From Candidatus Eiseniibacteriota bacterium (GTDB taxonomy: Bacteria; Eisenbacteria; RBG-16-71-46): a DNA stretch of 64,000 nucleotides. The position numbers and the translations under genes are program-made. The stretch spans positions 704,001 through 768,000 of the forward strand of contig CAVSAC010000010.1 in the NCBI GenBank assembly GCA_963725865.1, given 5' to 3'. The notes beneath the pieces are model-generated. The model did not search any database and was not told the origin of the DNA. It worked only from the letters and a program-made list of their open reading frames with translations. Below are positions 31,075 through 41,425 of this stretch, piece by piece. Positions within the stretch are counted from its first letter, which is position 1. Each line of letters starts with the position of its first letter.

Positions 31075-32691
31075 TCAGAACCGGCTCAACACCCGCAACT
31101 CGGCCCCCTCGAACGCCTGCACCTCGTAGCACGTCCCGGCCGTGCAGGCGAGGCCGCCGCGGCGACGGCCGAAGAACAGAATCGCCTCGTGGCCGGGGCC
31201 GAGTCGCGCGTCGAGCACCGCCCCCACCAGGTGGATCGGCCGGTTTCCGGGTACCGCCCGCGAGAGCTCGAGGGGGTCGGTGGTGCGCGTCCACGTCACC
31301 GCGGCGCTGCCGAAGTCGGCGCGCGCCACGGTGCCGGCCAGGTAGAGATCCTCGAACGCCTCGGGAGCGCCCGCGGTCTCGCGTCGCGCGGTCTGGCGCT
31401 GCATGTCCAGCGTGCCCGACCACGCCCGCAGCACGCGCACCGTCGCGGCGATCCCGACGGTGCGGCGATCGGAGATCGAGATCAACTCGTCCCAGCTGCG
31501 GTCGTAGAACGCGGTCGCCTCCCAGCGCTCGGCCCGCCGCGGCGCCGCGCGCCACTCCACGAATCGCTCCTCGAAGCGCCGGGCGCCGGCGCCGTCCGAG
31601 CGGCTCCAGTTGGTGGTGACCGCGGCCCAGTCGGACGGCGTGTAGGACCCCTCGAACTGGAACCCCTGCTCGCGGTCGGCGACCAGCACGTGAGTGCTGC
31701 GATTGAGCAGGACCTGCGCGTGCTCGCGCACCAGCGACGGGGGATCGTTCACGCCCAGCCGGAACCGGGAGTAGTCCTTCCACTCGACCGCAAACGTGAC
31801 CGGACCGGTGATCAGGTTGGCGCTCGTATAGAGGGCGTGCGGTGTGCGCTCCCGCGTGCTGAAGCTCCACCAGTCCCCGAACGAGCGATCGGCCTGCGCG
31901 TACTCGGCGTAGAGCGGCAGCGCCACCGACCGGATGCCCACCAGGCGCATCGCATCCAGGTCCACGAATCCGGTGCCCAGCTCCTGCTGGCCGAGCCCCG
32001 CCTTCATACGCAGGTAGGCCGCGCCCACGCGCGCGCCGCGCGCCACCATGGTCGCGAGCTGCGCGCCGTTTACCTGTCCCGCGTGGCGCACGAACCCCAG
32101 CTCCTCGCCCGCGAGCGAGGACTCGCCGCCGTTGGGCGCCCCGCTCAGGAGCGTCGCGCTCACGGGTCCAAGCGTGGCCTCGGCGAGCACGCCGTCGACG
32201 TCGCGCGAGGGTCCGAAGCGCGAACGCGGGAAGCGCTGGTCGAGCACCACGCCGTTCAGCTCGAAGGCGCGCTGGATGAGGCCGCGGCCGAGGATGCTGT
32301 AGAAGTTCCCGACCCGCACGCGGTAGCGATCGTCGTTCCAGTCGAGGAAGCGCTCGGTGAGGCCCTCGTAGGGGTACTGGTCCTCGCTGTTGCGATCGGT
32401 CTCGTAGCGCAGACCGGCGATCCCCCCGGGAAACGCGTACATCAGGTTCACCTGGTCGTACGCGTCCAGCCGGTTCGCAGGCCCCCGGCCGGCGTAGGAC
32501 TTTGGATAGTTCCCGGACTGGCCCTCGAACAGGTTGGTGCCGGAGAGCTGGGCGCGGGCGAGCGCGGGCGCCAGCGACAGCAGGCACACGGCGCCGATGA
32601 AGGCCCGCGCGCCGACCCGCGCGGCGCCGGTCGCGAGCGCGGCGCGGCGCCCGATGCGCACCCCGCGCCGGCCCCGCTCAGCGCGTGCCAT
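31075..32691 (-). CDS. Outer-membrane beta-barrel protein, DUF6029-like, with C-terminal CxxxxC
   Basis: Signal peptide; RVGNFYSILGRGLI, EWKDY and NDPPSL motifs; amphipathic strands; ends GRRRGGLACTAGTCYEV...LSRF with terminal Phe. Confidence 0.75.
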   Translation of the reverse strand: MARAERGRRGVRIGRRAALATGAARVGARAFIGAVCLLSLAPALARAQLSGTNLFEGQSGNYPKSYAGRGPANRLDAYDQVNLMYAFPGGIAGLRYETDRNSEDQYPYEGLTERFLDWNDDRYRVRVGNFYSILGRGLIQRAFELNGVVLDQRFPRSRFGPSRDVDGVLAEATLGPVSATLLSGAPNGGESSLAGEELGFVRHAGQVNGAQLATMVARGARVGAAYLRMKAGLGQQELGTGFVDLDAMRLVGIRSVALPLYAEYAQADRSFGDWWSFSTRERTPHALYTSANLITGPVTFAVEWKDYSRFRLGVNDPPSLVREHAQVLLNRSTHVLVADREQGFQFEGSYTPSDWAAVTTNWSRSDGAGARRFEERFVEWRAAPRRAERWEATAFYDRSWDELISISDRRTVGIAATVRVLRAWSGTLDMQRQTARRETAGAPEAFEDLYLAGTVARADFGSAAVTWTRTTDPLELSRAVPGNRPIHLVGAVLDARLGPGHEAILFFGRRRGGLACTAGTCYEVQAFEGAELRVLSRF

Positions 32692-33262
32692 GCGCCCCCG
32701 CCGTGTCGACGGCCGCGCGACCGTCGGGCCGCGCGCTCGAGTCGGCGCCGCTTCCCGTCGCGAGCAGCGTCACGATCCGCTGCTCCAGCTCCTCGCCCTC
32801 GCCGGGGCGGTACCCCAGGCGCACCGATGCGATGCTGCCGTCGCGGTCGATCAGCACGGTGGTGGGCATCGCCACCACCTGATAGAGGTGGCGCAACCGC
32901 TCGTCCTGATCGATGACGATCGGATAGGTGAGGCCGAGACGTGCCGCGAGCGGACGCACCCTGGTGTAGTTGCGCGGTCCGTCGACTGAGATCCCGATCA
33001 CCGTGAACCCGCGCGGGCCGTACGCCCTGTGCCAGCGCTCGAGCTCGGGCGCCGCATCCAGACAGGGCTTGCACCAGGTGGCCCAGAAGTCGAGCAGGAC
33101 GGGGCCGCGGCGCAGCAGATCGTCGAGCTCCAGCGTCCGTCCGAGGACGTCGTTCACCTTGAAGCGCGGCGCCGGGGCAGACCGAGCGGGGAACGCCGCC
33201 CGGGCGACGCCGGCGCCGACGCACGCAGCGATCGTCAGCGCGAGGATCGCGCGGGTCAGCAT
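32678..33262 (-). CDS. TlpA-family periplasmic thiol-disulfide oxidoreductase
   Basis: Signal peptide; LLDFWATWCKPC; cis-Pro motif AMPTTVLIDRDG; overlaps the start of the downstream gene. Confidence 0.92.
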   Translation of the reverse strand: MLTRAILALTIAACVGAGVARAAFPARSAPAPRFKVNDVLGRTLELDDLLRRGPVLLDFWATWCKPCLDAAPELERWHRAYGPRGFTVIGISVDGPRNYTRVRPLAARLGLTYPIVIDQDERLRHLYQVVAMPTTVLIDRDGSIASVRLGYRPGEGEELEQRIVTLLATGSGADSSARPDGRAAVDTAGAHGTR

Positions 33263-33282
33263 CGTGCCGGCGCGACCGGCCG

Positions 33283-34137
33283 TCACCGCAGGATCACCAC
33301 GCGCAGGGAGCACCGCACCCCACCCACGTCGGAGCGGAGCAGATAGAGCCCGGGTCGCACCCGCGCGCCCTGCTCGTCGCGGCCGTCCCACGTGAGGCGC
33401 TTGGTCCCCGGCGGGATCTCGCCCTGCCACGGCGTGGCGATCCGCCGCCCGGCCAGGTCGTGCGCCGTCACCGTCGCGGGCCGAGCCGTGCGCTCCGGAT
33501 TCGACAGCTCGAGCGTGGTCTCGCCATGGAACGGGTTGGGGGCCGCGCGCAGCGAGTAACCGCTGGCTCCGGGTCCGGAGCCGACATCGAGGGGCGACGT
33601 CACCAGCGAGTCGATGCAGCCGCGTAGCTCGCCCACGTGATAGCGATTCCCGTAAGGCCACAGCAGGTAGGCGCTGTATCGCACGATCCCCTGCTTGCTG
33701 ATCACCGCGTAGCTGTCGCGGTCGCCGTAGGGGATGAACAGGTTCTCGTTCCCGGAGCCAAGGGCGCCGTTCAGAAGCAGCGGGAACGGAACGCCGGTCG
33801 CGGTCCTGAACGAGGTGAGGCTGGGAGCGTTTCCATTGAACAGGTCCGGCCCGAGCGCCTGCACCTGCCCGGGATAGTTCGTCTCGTAGTACTGCCAGAT
33901 CTCGCTGACGACCGACGGACCGTCGGCGATGCACTCGGGTCACGAGTACCCGAGCAGGAACAGGAAGACGACCTTGCCACGGTACTGCGAAAGCGTCTGC
34001 GAATTGCCCTCGAGGTCGACCTTGTGGAAGTCGGGCGCCACGTCCCCGGGATGCAGGACCGCGCGGGCCGGCAGCGGCGAAACGAGACATGCGAGCAGCA
34101 GGAGCGCCGCCCACGGCGGGACGGTTCGTCGGACCAT
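33283..34137 (-). CDS. Secreted thioredoxin-fold (redoxin) selenoprotein, UxxC, with FlgD/T9SS-like tail
   Basis: ORFs 33940-34137 and 33283-33864 are in one frame joined by TGA 33942-33940: GDVAPDF...YRGKVVFLFLLGYS-U-PEC. GAGG RBS, signal peptide, SECIS-like hairpin. Confidence 0.85.
33912..33926 (-). promoter_or_regulatory. Putative bacterial SECIS hairpin
   Basis: CCGAC-GGTCC-GTCGG begins after a 13-nt spacer 3' of the UGA; GU in the apical loop. Confidence 0.65.
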
Positions 34138-34282
34138 GGCAACCTCACGCGGAGACGCGGCCGGCCGGGCTTCTGGCCGGCAGCATACCTCCGTGAGTCG
34201 CGCCCGAGTCAGCGATGATCGCGGGCGGCCCGCGGTGCTGAACTCCGTGCCGGGATCCGCTCGCGGATCGCGGGTCCCCCGC

Positions 34283-34316
34283 GGCGGGGAGTCCGACCTC
34301 GCTCGGACTCCCCGCC
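34283..34316 (-). terminator. Strong hairpin just after the beta-propeller gene
   Basis: Perfect 14-bp inverted repeat GGCGGGGAGTCCGA-N6-TCGGACTCCCCGCC; no U-tract. Confidence 0.55.
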
Positions 34317-34327
34317 TCGCTCCCGGC

Positions 34328-36769
34328 TCAGCGCACGACCATGAGCTTGCGCGTCGCGACCGCGGCCCCGCTGGTCAGGTGGGCGAAGTAGAGCCCCGCC
34401 TTGAGCGACGCGGTCGGCAGCGTGACCGCGTGCGGGCCGGCGGTCATCGGCGCGCGGTCGAGCAGCGTCGTGACGCGGCGACCGGCGGCATCGAACACCG
34501 CCAGCGTCACCGGACCGGTGGCCGGCAACGCGAACTGCAGCTCGGTGCGGCCGCGTGCCGGGTTCGGGTAGTTGCTCAGCTGCAACCGGTGGGCGATCGA
34601 GCCCAGCGGCGCGTCCACGGTGCCCGGCACCGAGAGGAACGCCGCCATGCCCTGGGTCCACAGCCCGTGCGAGGTGCTGAAGTTGCCGCCGACGTACAAC
34701 GTGGAGGCGGTCCGCTCCATGCAGTAGACGGCGCTGTTCTGGTTGGGATCCCAGGTGAAGTCCGCGGCGCCCGAGCCGTCGATCGACGCCAGGTAATTGC
34801 GGGTCTGGCCGCCGACGAACGTGAACGCGCCGCCCGCGTAGACGGTGGAGCCGCTCACCTTCAGCACGTACACGGTGCTGTTCGCGTTCGGATCCCACGC
34901 CGTGGCGAGGCCGGTGGTGGCATCGAGCGCCGCGATGCGGTTGCGCGTCTGACCGCCGACGGAGGTGAACACACCGCCGGCGTAGACGGTGTTCCCGTCG
35001 CCCGACAAGTCGACGCTGTACACGACGTTATTCGCGTTCGGATTCCAGGTCGACGCCAGTCCGCTGCTGACGTCGAGCGCCGCGAGCCCGCTGCGCACCT
35101 GTCCGCCGATGTTGTTGAACGAACCACCCGCGTAGAGCGTCGATCCGCGCTTCGCGAGCGTGAGCACCTCGTTGTTCGAGTTCGGGTTCCAAGTGGTCGC
35201 GGCGCTGTTCGCGAGGTTCAACTCGGCGATCCGGTTGCGGGCCTGTCCGCCAATGTTCGTGAAGAGCCCGCCCACGTAGAGCGTGCTGCCGTTCAGCAGC
35301 ATCGTGTCGATCAGGTTGTTCGCGTTCGGATTCCACGGCGAGGCGAGCCCGGTGGTGGCGTCGAGCGCCGCGATTCGGTTGCGCACCTGCCCGCCGATGT
35401 TCGTGAACGGTCCACCCGCGTACACGGTGTTCCCATCGACCACGATGTCGTTGACCTGGTTGTTCGAGTTGGGATCCCACTCGGTGACGGCGCCGGTCAC
35501 GGCGTTCAACGCGGCGATGCGATTGCGCACCCGCGCGCAGATGATCGTGAACGCGCCGCCCGCGTAGAGCGTGGTGCCCTCGCGCGCGAGCGCGTAGGTG
35601 AAGTCGTTCGCGAGCGGGTTCCACGTGGTCGCAGCGCCGGTCGTCACGTCCAGCCCGGCGCAGTACGCGCGCGCCTGCGCCCCGATGTTCGTGAAGCCGC
35701 CGCCGGCGTAGAGCGTGGTGCCGTCCAGCACCAGCGCGTAGACCGCGCCGTTGGAATTCGGGTTCCAGGTCGACGCCAGTCCGGTCGCGGGATCCAGCGA
35801 AGCGATGCGATTGCGCACCTGGCCGCCGATGCTCGTGAACAGCCCGCCCACGAACACGGTGCCGCTGTTGAGCACGATCGCGCGGACCTGGTTGTTGGCG
35901 TTGGGATCCCACGCCGTCGCTGCGCCGGTCGCCAGGTCGATCTCGGCGATCCGGTTGCGCGTCTGCCCGCCGATGTTCGTGAACGCGCCGCCCACGTACA
36001 GCGTGCCGCCGTTGAGCGCCAGGGCGTACACGTCGAGGTTCGAGTTCGGATTCCACGCGGTGGCGGCACCGGTGCCGACGTCGACCGCCGCGATGCGCGG
36101 GCGGTTCTGGCCGCCGATCGTGGTGAAGACCCCTCCGACGTAAAGCGTCCCGCCGTCCAGAGCCAGTGCGTCCACGTTGCTGTTCGCGTTCGGGTTCCAC
36201 GCGGTGGCGAGCCCGGTGGCAGCGTCGATCGCCGCGATGTGATTGCGCGTCTGCCCGCCGACGAACGTGAATGCACCGCCGACGTAGACCGTGCTCCCGC
36301 TGACCGCGAGGGCGTAGACCGCGGAGTTCGCGTTGGGCTTCCAGGGCGCGATGGTGCCGTCGGCGAGCACGTGGACGAGATTCGTGCAGGCGACGCTGCC
36401 GATCGTGGTGAAGGTCCCCCCCAGGAACCAGCCGCCGAACCCATCGGGCGCGACCGCGTACAGCGTGCCGTTGACGCGCGGGAACGGCGACCGCGGCAGG
36501 AAGGTGGCCAGGTCGATCGCCGCGCCTCCGCCGGTGGTCGGGTATACCTGGGTGAACGTCCCCCCGATGTAGATGGTGTTGCCGACCCGCGTGAACGCGG
36601 TCACGGCGTTGTTCGCCATCCAGAGGGTGGAGTCCACCTGCTGCGCGCGCGCGCCATCCGGCCGTGCGCCGAGCCACGCGAGCGCGACGAGGCCGGCGGC
36701 GAGCGCGAGGAGCGGGGCGCGACGGGCGCGGCCACGACGGTGCGATGCGGTCGGAGAGAGTGCTGCCAT
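34328..36769 (-). CDS. Secreted beta-propeller repeat protein with T9SS-like tail
   Basis: Signal peptide; about 12 repeats of about 52 aa (WNPNAN..V.ALA..G.TLY.GG.FT.IGGQ.RNRIAALD..TG); tail NYPNP...GLYFAHL. Confidence 0.88.
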   Translation of the reverse strand: MAALSPTASHRRGRARRAPLLALAAGLVALAWLGARPDGARAQQVDSTLWMANNAVTAFTRVGNTIYIGGTFTQVYPTTGGGAAIDLATFLPRSPFPRVNGTLYAVAPDGFGGWFLGGTFTTIGSVACTNLVHVLADGTIAPWKPNANSAVYALAVSGSTVYVGGAFTFVGGQTRNHIAAIDAATGLATAWNPNANSNVDALALDGGTLYVGGVFTTIGGQNRPRIAAVDVGTGAATAWNPNSNLDVYALALNGGTLYVGGAFTNIGGQTRNRIAEIDLATGAATAWDPNANNQVRAIVLNSGTVFVGGLFTSIGGQVRNRIASLDPATGLASTWNPNSNGAVYALVLDGTTLYAGGGFTNIGAQARAYCAGLDVTTGAATTWNPLANDFTYALAREGTTLYAGGAFTIICARVRNRIAALNAVTGAVTEWDPNSNNQVNDIVVDGNTVYAGGPFTNIGGQVRNRIAALDATTGLASPWNPNANNLIDTMLLNGSTLYVGGLFTNIGGQARNRIAELNLANSAATTWNPNSNNEVLTLAKRGSTLYAGGSFNNIGGQVRSGLAALDVSSGLASTWNPNANNVVYSVDLSGDGNTVYAGGVFTSVGGQTRNRIAALDATTGLATAWDPNANSTVYVLKVSGSTVYAGGAFTFVGGQTRNYLASIDGSGAADFTWDPNQNSAVYCMERTASTLYVGGNFSTSHGLWTQGMAAFLSVPGTVDAPLGSIAHRLQLSNYPNPARGRTELQFALPATGPVTLAVFDAAGRRVTTLLDRAPMTAGPHAVTLPTASLKAGLYFAHLTSGAAVATRKLMVVR

Positions 36770-37062
36770 CGGAGCCTCCGCTCGAGGTCGGTGTGGGGTG
36801 TGCGGCCCGCGCGGCTTCCCGCCCGCGGCGCCACCCGGCCCGGAACGGGGCGGGAGCGCCGGAAATGGAAGCGACTCATCCCCCATTGCGCAGGAGCGAG
36901 CCCGCAGCCGTCATCGAAGCTCGAACGGGCGTCCGCGCGGGGCTGCGCGATCGGGGCGCGATTCCCTCGCAAGTCCGTGTCGGTCGTGGCCGATAACGTG
37001 GATGGACCTCCGGCAACGCCTGCGGGAAGTCCACCCAATAGCCCCGGACGAGCGCATACGCC

Positions 37063-39310
37063 GTGCACCCCGACCACCCCTTCTCCGCGACCCACTCCCA
37101 GCGGCTCATGCTCACGACCGAGGCGCGTCGTGATGCGCTCGCGCGCGTGTGCGCACGGCTGGGCACCCGCGAGCCGTTCCTGCTGATCACGGGCGAGGCG
37201 GGCACCGGGAAGACCGCGCTGATGCTCGACGCGATCGCGCAGTGGCGCACCAGCGCGCGCGTGGCGACGATCACGGAGCCCGGCTCGACGCCGGTCGAGC
37301 TGCTCGAGGCGATCGCGCGGAGCTTCGGCGTCGAGCCGCCGGAGAACCCGGGCCGGCCTCAGCTGCTCGAGGCGCTCGAGCGGGTGTTCGCCGAGTGCGC
37401 GACCGCGCGGCAGGTCCCGATCGTGGTGATCGAGGACGCCCACGAGCTCGCGCCCGAGCTGCTCGAGGAGTTGCGTCTGCTCGCGAACGCCGCGACCGCG
37501 GCGCATCACGCATTCGAGGTGGCGCTGGTGGGCCTGCCGCCCCTCGAGGCGCGCCTCGCCACCCCGGCGCTCGAGCCGTTGCTCCAGCGCGTCTCGGTGC
37601 GGTGCCAGCTGCAGCCACTGTCGCACAAGGAAACGCGCCGCTACCTGCACCACCGCATGAGCGCGGTGGGCAGCGATGGGCCGCGGACCTTCCCGCGTGA
37701 GACTTGCCGCGAGATCCATCACCGCGCCCGTGGCATTCCGCGCGCCATCAACACGCTCGCCACCGAGGCGATGCGGCGCGCGCGCGAGGACGGGACGGAA
37801 AGCATCACGCCGGCGCACGTTCGCGCCGCCGCGGCGGCCCTGTGGGTCGACGCAGCCGCGATGGCCGCGAATCCCGTCGCCGGGACCTCGGTCGCCGCGA
37901 CGACGCCCGAGCCGGTTGCTGGAGCCCGCGAGTCCGGCCTCCGGCGTGCCCGTCGAAGAATCCCGGTCAGGCGGCGCCCCGGGCGCCCCCGAGTCCCCGG
38001 CTCCGCCGGCGCGCGCGGATGCGACGCCCGACTCCGCTCCGGCCACCGCTGTCGCGCCGCCGCCGGAGCCGGTGGCGTTCCCGTTGCTGCCGATCGCCCC
38101 CCCGCCGGAATTCGATCGCAGCGAGAACCCGCGCGTGCGCGAGTGGGTGCATCGCTTCCTCGGCAACCAGGGTCCGCCCCTCGTCGGCGTCGGGCTGTTG
38201 CCGGACCCCGACGAGGAAGGGGCATCGCCCTCCGCGCCGCGCCCGCGCCGGCTCGTGGTATCGCCGCCGCGCGAGTTGCCTCCATCCAAGGTCACGCCGC
38301 CCTCCAGCGGAACGGTCGCACGCGACGAGGCACACGCGGGCGCTGCGACCCCGGCTTCCGAGCCAACGGGGCACGGAACTCGATCCGCACCCGCACCGGC
38401 CGCGGAGGCTTCCGCGACCATCCCGCACGCCGCCGAGTCCGCTGCGTCCATCGAGACTCCGCCGCCCACGCGGTCGCGCGCGCCCCGCGCGCCGCGCGCC
38501 CCGCGCCACCACGCGCGCCGGAGCGGACGGCTCGCCGCGCGTCTTGGTCGGCTGCCGGCCTCGGCACTCTCGATCGCGCTCGTGCTGCTGGCCGCGCTCG
38601 CGACCGTCATCCTGTACCCGCGCGGGCAGCACAGCGGACCGCGTGCGGGTCGCCCCGCGGCGGTTCAGCCGGGCGCCTCCCCGCGCGTCGCGGAACGGCC
38701 GACCGCGGCCATCCGATCGAGCGCTCCCCAACCGCGTCCGGTGCGTGCGGCGCCCGCGGGCGAGGTCGACCTGGACGGCGAGGCGATCGCGCCGATCGTG
38801 CCCCCGCTCGCGAGCGATCCGCCCCGAGACGACGCGCTGGCACGTCCGCTACCCGTGACGGTCGCGGCGCGGTCGCCCGCGGGCGAACCCGCGCGGCACG
38901 ACGCCCCCCGGCGTCCGCTACCCGTGACGGTCGCGGCGCCGCGGCCCGCGGGCGAAGCCGCACGGCGCGGCGCCCCCGCGCGCCCGCTGCCCGTGACGGT
39001 CGCGGCGCCGCCACCCAGCGCGGAACTGGATCGCAGCGAGTCCGGCGCCGCGGGGCGCCTGACGCTCGACGTGGGGACCTATCTCGACGCCACCTACGCG
39101 CTCGCCCAGCGCGAGCGACTGCGGGCCACCACCGGACTCGAGGCGTGGATCGTCACGGACTCCGAGGGTGGAACCGAGAGTCATCACGTCATCCTCGGCG
39201 TCTACCGCTCGCCCGAGCGCGCCGAAGCCGCCGCCAATCTGCTGCTCGGCCGCGGGCTGGTCTCGCAAGCGAGCGTCGTGCCGCTGCCCGCCCGCCGCGT
39301 GCGGCACTAG
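37063..39310 (+). CDS. ExeA/GspA-like AAA ATPase, Pro-rich linker, TM and SPOR-like domain; frameshift near 37915
   Basis: GEAGTGKT, VVIEDAH, LLQRV, YLHHR, GIPRAIN in the first frame; the second frame carries the TM segment and SPOR-like LDVGTY...VILGVY. Confidence 0.78.
38843..39008 (+). repeat. Three 69-bp intragenic repeats (RPLPVTVAA)
   Basis: Starts at 38843, 38912 and 38981. Confidence 0.8.
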
Positions 39311-39532
39311 CCGTCCCGGGCGGGGCGTCCGCAGCGCGTCCCGCGCTGGCAGCGCTCCTCGCGTCGTTCGGCCGCATCAAACGGAGCGACCACCGCGCGC
39401 GACCGGTGCGAGCCCCGGGCCGGCGGCCGCATCCAACCGCGAACGATTCGCTTCGGCGCCTCCCCGTCGAGTGGGCAACCCTCCACGCGACCGTCCGAGC
39501 GGCAGGAAGTCCCGACGGCCCAAGGGGTGTCC

Positions 39533-40627
39533 ATGTCCGATCCGCAGCCACCACAACTCGTCGCGCTCGCCACCGCGGTGCCGCCCCACGTCGTCCGCCA
39601 GGACGACGTGTGCGGGCTCGCCGCCCAGTTGTTCTCGAGTGCGATCGCCGCGGACCCGCGCCTCGTCCAGGTGTTCGCTCACACGCAGATCGAGCAGCGC
39701 TCGACGTGCATGCCGCTCGAGTGGTACGCGTCGCCGCACTCGTTCGCGGAGCGCAACGACCTCTACCTGCAGCACGCGCTGGCGCTCGCGTGCGACGCGA
39801 CGCAGCGCGTGCTCGAGCGCGCGCGGCTCGCGCCCACGGATGTCGACCACGTGGTGTTCGTCTCGTCCACCGGGCTCGCGACTCCGAGCATGGACGCGCG
39901 GCTCGCGAATCGACTCAGGTTCCGCAGCGACGTGCGCCGCACGCCGATCTGGGGCCTCGGCTGCGCGGGCGGCGCGGCGGGGCTGGCGCGCGCGCGCGAT
40001 CTGGCGCTCGCGGATCCCCACGCGCGCGTGCTGCTGGTCGCGCTTGAGCTGTGCAGCCTCACGTTCCAGCACGGCGATCTCTCCAAGCGCAACCTGGTCG
40101 CGACCTCGCTGTTCGCCGACGGTGCGGCGGCCGCGCTGGTGGTCGGCGCGGAGGTGGACCGCGCGGGTTCCAACGGTCACCGCCCGCTCGAGCTGCGGGC
40201 CTCCCAGAGCACGCTGTGGAACGACACCGAGGACGTCATGGGCTGGACGGTCGACGGCGACGGCCTGCACGTGGTGTTCTCGCGCGACATCCCCACCATC
40301 GTGCGCGAGAACGTGCGGCCGAGCCTGATCTCGTTCCTCGAGCGCCAGGAGCTGACGCTCGAGTCCCTGCACCACCTGGTCGCACACCCGGGCGGCACCA
40401 AGGTGCTGATCGCGTACGGCGAATCGCTGGGGCTGCCGCCGGAGGCGTTCCGTCACGCGCGCGAGGTGCTGCGCGTGCACGGCAACATGTCCTCGCCGTC
40501 CTGCCTGTTCGTGCTCGAGCGCGTGCTCGACGCCGGCGAGATCGGCGCCGGACAGAACGCGCTGGTCGCCGCGCTGGGACCGGGCTTCGCGGCCGAGTAC
40601 GTGCTGATGCGCGGAGCCACCGCTTGA
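39533..40627 (+). CDS. Type III polyketide synthase (BpsA/SrsA-like)
   Basis: Catalytic triad motifs WGLGCAGG, AHPGG and GNMSS; LFADGA; ALGPGF. Confidence 0.93.
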   Translation: MSDPQPPQLVALATAVPPHVVRQDDVCGLAAQLFSSAIAADPRLVQVFAHTQIEQRSTCMPLEWYASPHSFAERNDLYLQHALALACDATQRVLERARLAPTDVDHVVFVSSTGLATPSMDARLANRLRFRSDVRRTPIWGLGCAGGAAGLARARDLALADPHARVLLVALELCSLTFQHGDLSKRNLVATSLFADGAAAALVVGAEVDRAGSNGHRPLELRASQSTLWNDTEDVMGWTVDGDGLHVVFSRDIPTIVRENVRPSLISFLERQELTLESLHHLVAHPGGTKVLIAYGESLGLPPEAFRHAREVLRVHGNMSSPSCLFVLERVLDAGEIGAGQNALVAALGPGFAAEYVLMRGATA

Positions 40628-41172
40628 GCGTCACGCCCCTGTCGCCGGGGCTGGTCGTCGGACTGGCCGTGTTCCTGGTGCTGCTCGGCGTGCAGCGCGT
40701 CGGCGAGCTGGTGCTGTCGGCCCGCAACGTCGCGCGCCTGAAGGCGCTCGGCGCGCGCGAATACGGCGCCGGGCACTTCCCCCTGATCGTGCTGGTGCAC
40801 GTGCTGTTCCCGCTCGGCCTGATCGCCGAGGTGGTGGGGCTGGGCGCGCGGCCGTGGCCGCTCTGGCCGCTGTGGCTGGTGCCGCTGCTGGCGGCCCAGG
40901 TGCTGCGCTACTCCGCGGTGCTGGCGCTCGACTTCCACTGGACCGTGAGCGTGTGGGTGGTGCCGGGATTGCCCCCGCTGCGCAGCGGTCCCTACCGGCG
41001 GATGCGTCACCCCAATTACCTGGCGGTGGTCATCGAGCTGTTGGTCACGCCCCTCATGTTCGGAGCATGGCGGACCGCCGTGGTGGTCTCGGCGCTGGAT
41101 CTGCTCGCACTCGCGATCCGCATCCGGGTCGAGGAGCGCGCGCTGCGCGAGGCGAGCGGCGGCGCGCGCTAG
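40624..41172 (+). CDS. Isoprenylcysteine carboxyl methyltransferase family (BpsB/SrsB-like)
   Basis: TTGA overlap with the PKS stop; GPYRRMRHPNY and RIRVEERAL. Confidence 0.9.
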   Translation: MSVTPLSPGLVVGLAVFLVLLGVQRVGELVLSARNVARLKALGAREYGAGHFPLIVLVHVLFPLGLIAEVVGLGARPWPLWPLWLVPLLAAQVLRYSAVLALDFHWTVSVWVVPGLPPLRSGPYRRMRHPNYLAVVIELLVTPLMFGAWRTAVVVSALDLLALAIRIRVEERALREASGGAR

Positions 41173-41425
41173 CAGGCGTCCGCGTCACCATCGTACGCGT
41201 CGCCCCGCGGAGGCGGGCGGCTGGCCCTTGGCGTAGCCGGCCGGCCATCGCGCGGCGCCCAAGCCGCTGCCCCGGGCGCGGATGACGGCATTCCGTCGCC
41301 GCGCGAAGCCGCTCCGATCCGCCACCGCCCGGCGCGCGATGTTCGGTTTCGCCGCCGCCGGCATGTCCTGCTTCGAGAGCGCCCGAGAGCCGCTGGGCGC
41401 GCCCCCACCGCTCGAAGGAGGCTCC

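Noticed and set aside
27356..32587. 1743-aa ORF as a single protein
   Set aside because: Its first ~546 codons overlap the barrel gene in another frame. The real start is the signal peptide at 30949.
26700..37920. Programmed frameshifting in the adhesin and ExeA-like genes
   Set aside because: No slippery sequences were seen. Scattered single-base indels fit sequencing error or decay better.
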